Of a stretch of 51,250 nucleotides of DNA, positions 49,659 to 51,250 are shown piece after piece. The position numbers and the translations under genes were made by a program. The stretch is from Perkinsus chesapeaki ATCC PRA-425 (lineage: Eukaryota; Protista; Perkinsozoa), in assembly GCA_013115145.1 (NCBI GenBank), contig JAAPAO010000223.1:1-51250 (forward strand), read 5' to 3'. The number at the start of each line of letters is the position of its first letter. The stretch's first letter is position 1. The notes below the pieces were generated by a model. That model ran no database searches and had not been told where the DNA came from. It worked only from the letters and a program-made list of their open reading frames with translations.

Positions 49659-51116
49659 TGCGAGTCGCAATCGCTTCATGAAATAAACTTATCAAATTTA
49701 CGTCACTTCATGTGACGAGTTGGTTCCTCTAATAATCCACTTGTCTGCTTCATGATATTTACTGGGCATTCGTCGCACCTCTGTTTTTGTAACTTTCGGG
49801 CGTAAGCCCAGAAGCCTCCCGGCGGAACGATCTCTTTTTTTATCGAAGAGAGCCGTCCGGTCACTGAAACTACTGTAGATGCTGTAAGAGCACATGAGAT
49901 GACTTCAGAGACTAGATAGATCAGACTGGCTGTAAAAGCCTCATAGTTATCCGAGCCGAATTCTATCTTCTGCCCGGTTGGTCAACAGCAGAGGCAGCGA
50001 GCTAGTTGGACTAATTAGATAATGAAAAGACACGTCAAACATGTGCCGTGACGTCAAGCGGAGTCGGCACTGCGATTCTCTGTGACACGCATCGATACTG
50101 ATTGGCATGGCACTAGCCTAACAACTTGTTAGTAACAATGTGAAATAAGGAACACTAACAATGACCAGTAAGAATCAGAAGAAGATTTTTGCAAGAGTAG
50201 TTAAAATAGATCAACCGATTAATTTGTCTGTTGATTTGCACTGAATAAAGCGTCAAGCCTTGTATGCTATGGGAGGTTCTCGCTTCACCTATGCGGCTTC
50301 AGCCGTCCAACATAGATACCAGTGATGGATCAATTGTAGTTTTCCACTCGGACCTTTTGTTACGGCTCGGAGCCGTCGGCTCCTGTGTTTGGAGACGTAC
50401 CGGCTGGTAAGCGCCTCCATGCTGCCTCCCGCGCGCCTCGAGTATGACAAAGGCCTTTAGAGTTCTGGCTCAGTCGACATTGACTCGCAACTTTTGAGGT
50501 GTCATCGGAAAGCTTCGTAGGAACTCTCACTCCACACGCATGGTAGGGCATTCATTCATTGTTCATTCATGGTTGAATTTGTAGTCATCTTCTTTGGCTC
50601 AAAGGAGGAAGTATGAGTGACAAATATACGTTGTCACAAAAAAACAATGACCGCATTTTTGTAGGTTAACTCACACTTGGTCAAGCTTAACAGACGGGCT
50701 TCTTGCTGAACGCCTGCCCGATCTTTAGCATGCGACCCACATGGTGTGGATCTCATGCACGATCTGAATACATCTATTATCAAATTACAAAAACATAAAC
50801 GAATACGAAGGCAGTCTAATGAATACAGTATCACACCTCATGGAGCACAGTCGGCGTGTCACGGCGCTCTCTTAACCCGCCTCTAGGCATTACGCTAAAT
50901 GATCCTCTAACTTATCAGACGTACCCATCAGCTCGCTAGGTTCTCGGCTTATCATGTAGACAGTCATGCCGGGCTGTATCAGTCCATCCCAACATCACCA
51001 TCCGATTCAATGCCAATATTTCGGTAGGGTTTATCTCCATATGCCTTTCCCTATTCTTCTTAATCTTTTATACATCCTTCGAGCCCTCAAGGCTGCGGAC
51101 CTTGTAGACTACCACT

Positions 51117-51250
51117 ATGAGTTTCAAGTTGAGACTAGGCGTCATTGCATCGCCGGCCTCAGAGACGCCAAAGGTAATCCTCCACCATGCAGCCGTTCGA
51201 TCGCCATGGAGACCGCCGGACTTACTCTACCCGGTATGGAGGATGGTATC
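51117..51250 (+). CDS. Possible start of a downstream gene (partial)
   Basis: ATG at 51117 (MSFKLRLGVIASPASETPK...) with the frame open to the window end. No motif recognised. Confidence 0.25.
   Translation, partial: MSFKLRLGVIASPASETPKVILHHAAVRSPWRPPDLLYPVWRMV

Noticed and set aside
48841-50834. Short ORFs downstream of the protease as genes or transposon ORFs
   Set aside because: Overlapping in several frames, with no RT, integrase or transposase motifs and no consistent splice pattern found.

Overview
Compact, intron-rich eukaryotic DNA: most introns are about 40-65 nt GT-AG, so the six-frame ORF track mostly shows single exons or shadows. An alveolate origin, most likely a Perkinsus-like parasite, is inferred from the P4-ATPase/guanylyl-cyclase fusion, the tiny introns, GC-AG donors and an intronless pepsin-like protease. 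Gene models were spliced by hand. Minus strand, 0.65-22.3 kb: a secreted Cys-rich protein, a roughly 2,500-aa P4-ATPase-guanylyl cyclase, several hypothetical multi-exon genes and CKS1, with a plus-strand tRNA-His among them. Mostly plus strand, 22.3-48.8 kb: two tandem paralogs with an unusual FYVE-like Zn finger + C2 + MCTP-type membrane-anchor architecture, a small secreted Cys peptide, four tandem glutathione S-transferases (one with a myristoylation motif), a stand-alone DEDDy 3'-5' exonuclease, a coiled-coil gene region and an aspartic protease with a frameshifted C-terminus. Non-coding DNA carries intronic minisatellites, two N gaps and a recurring pattern of perfect palindromes with 1-nt spacers, often in overlapping chains. 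No CRISPR array, rRNA or intact transposon was recognised. No database search or computation was run.
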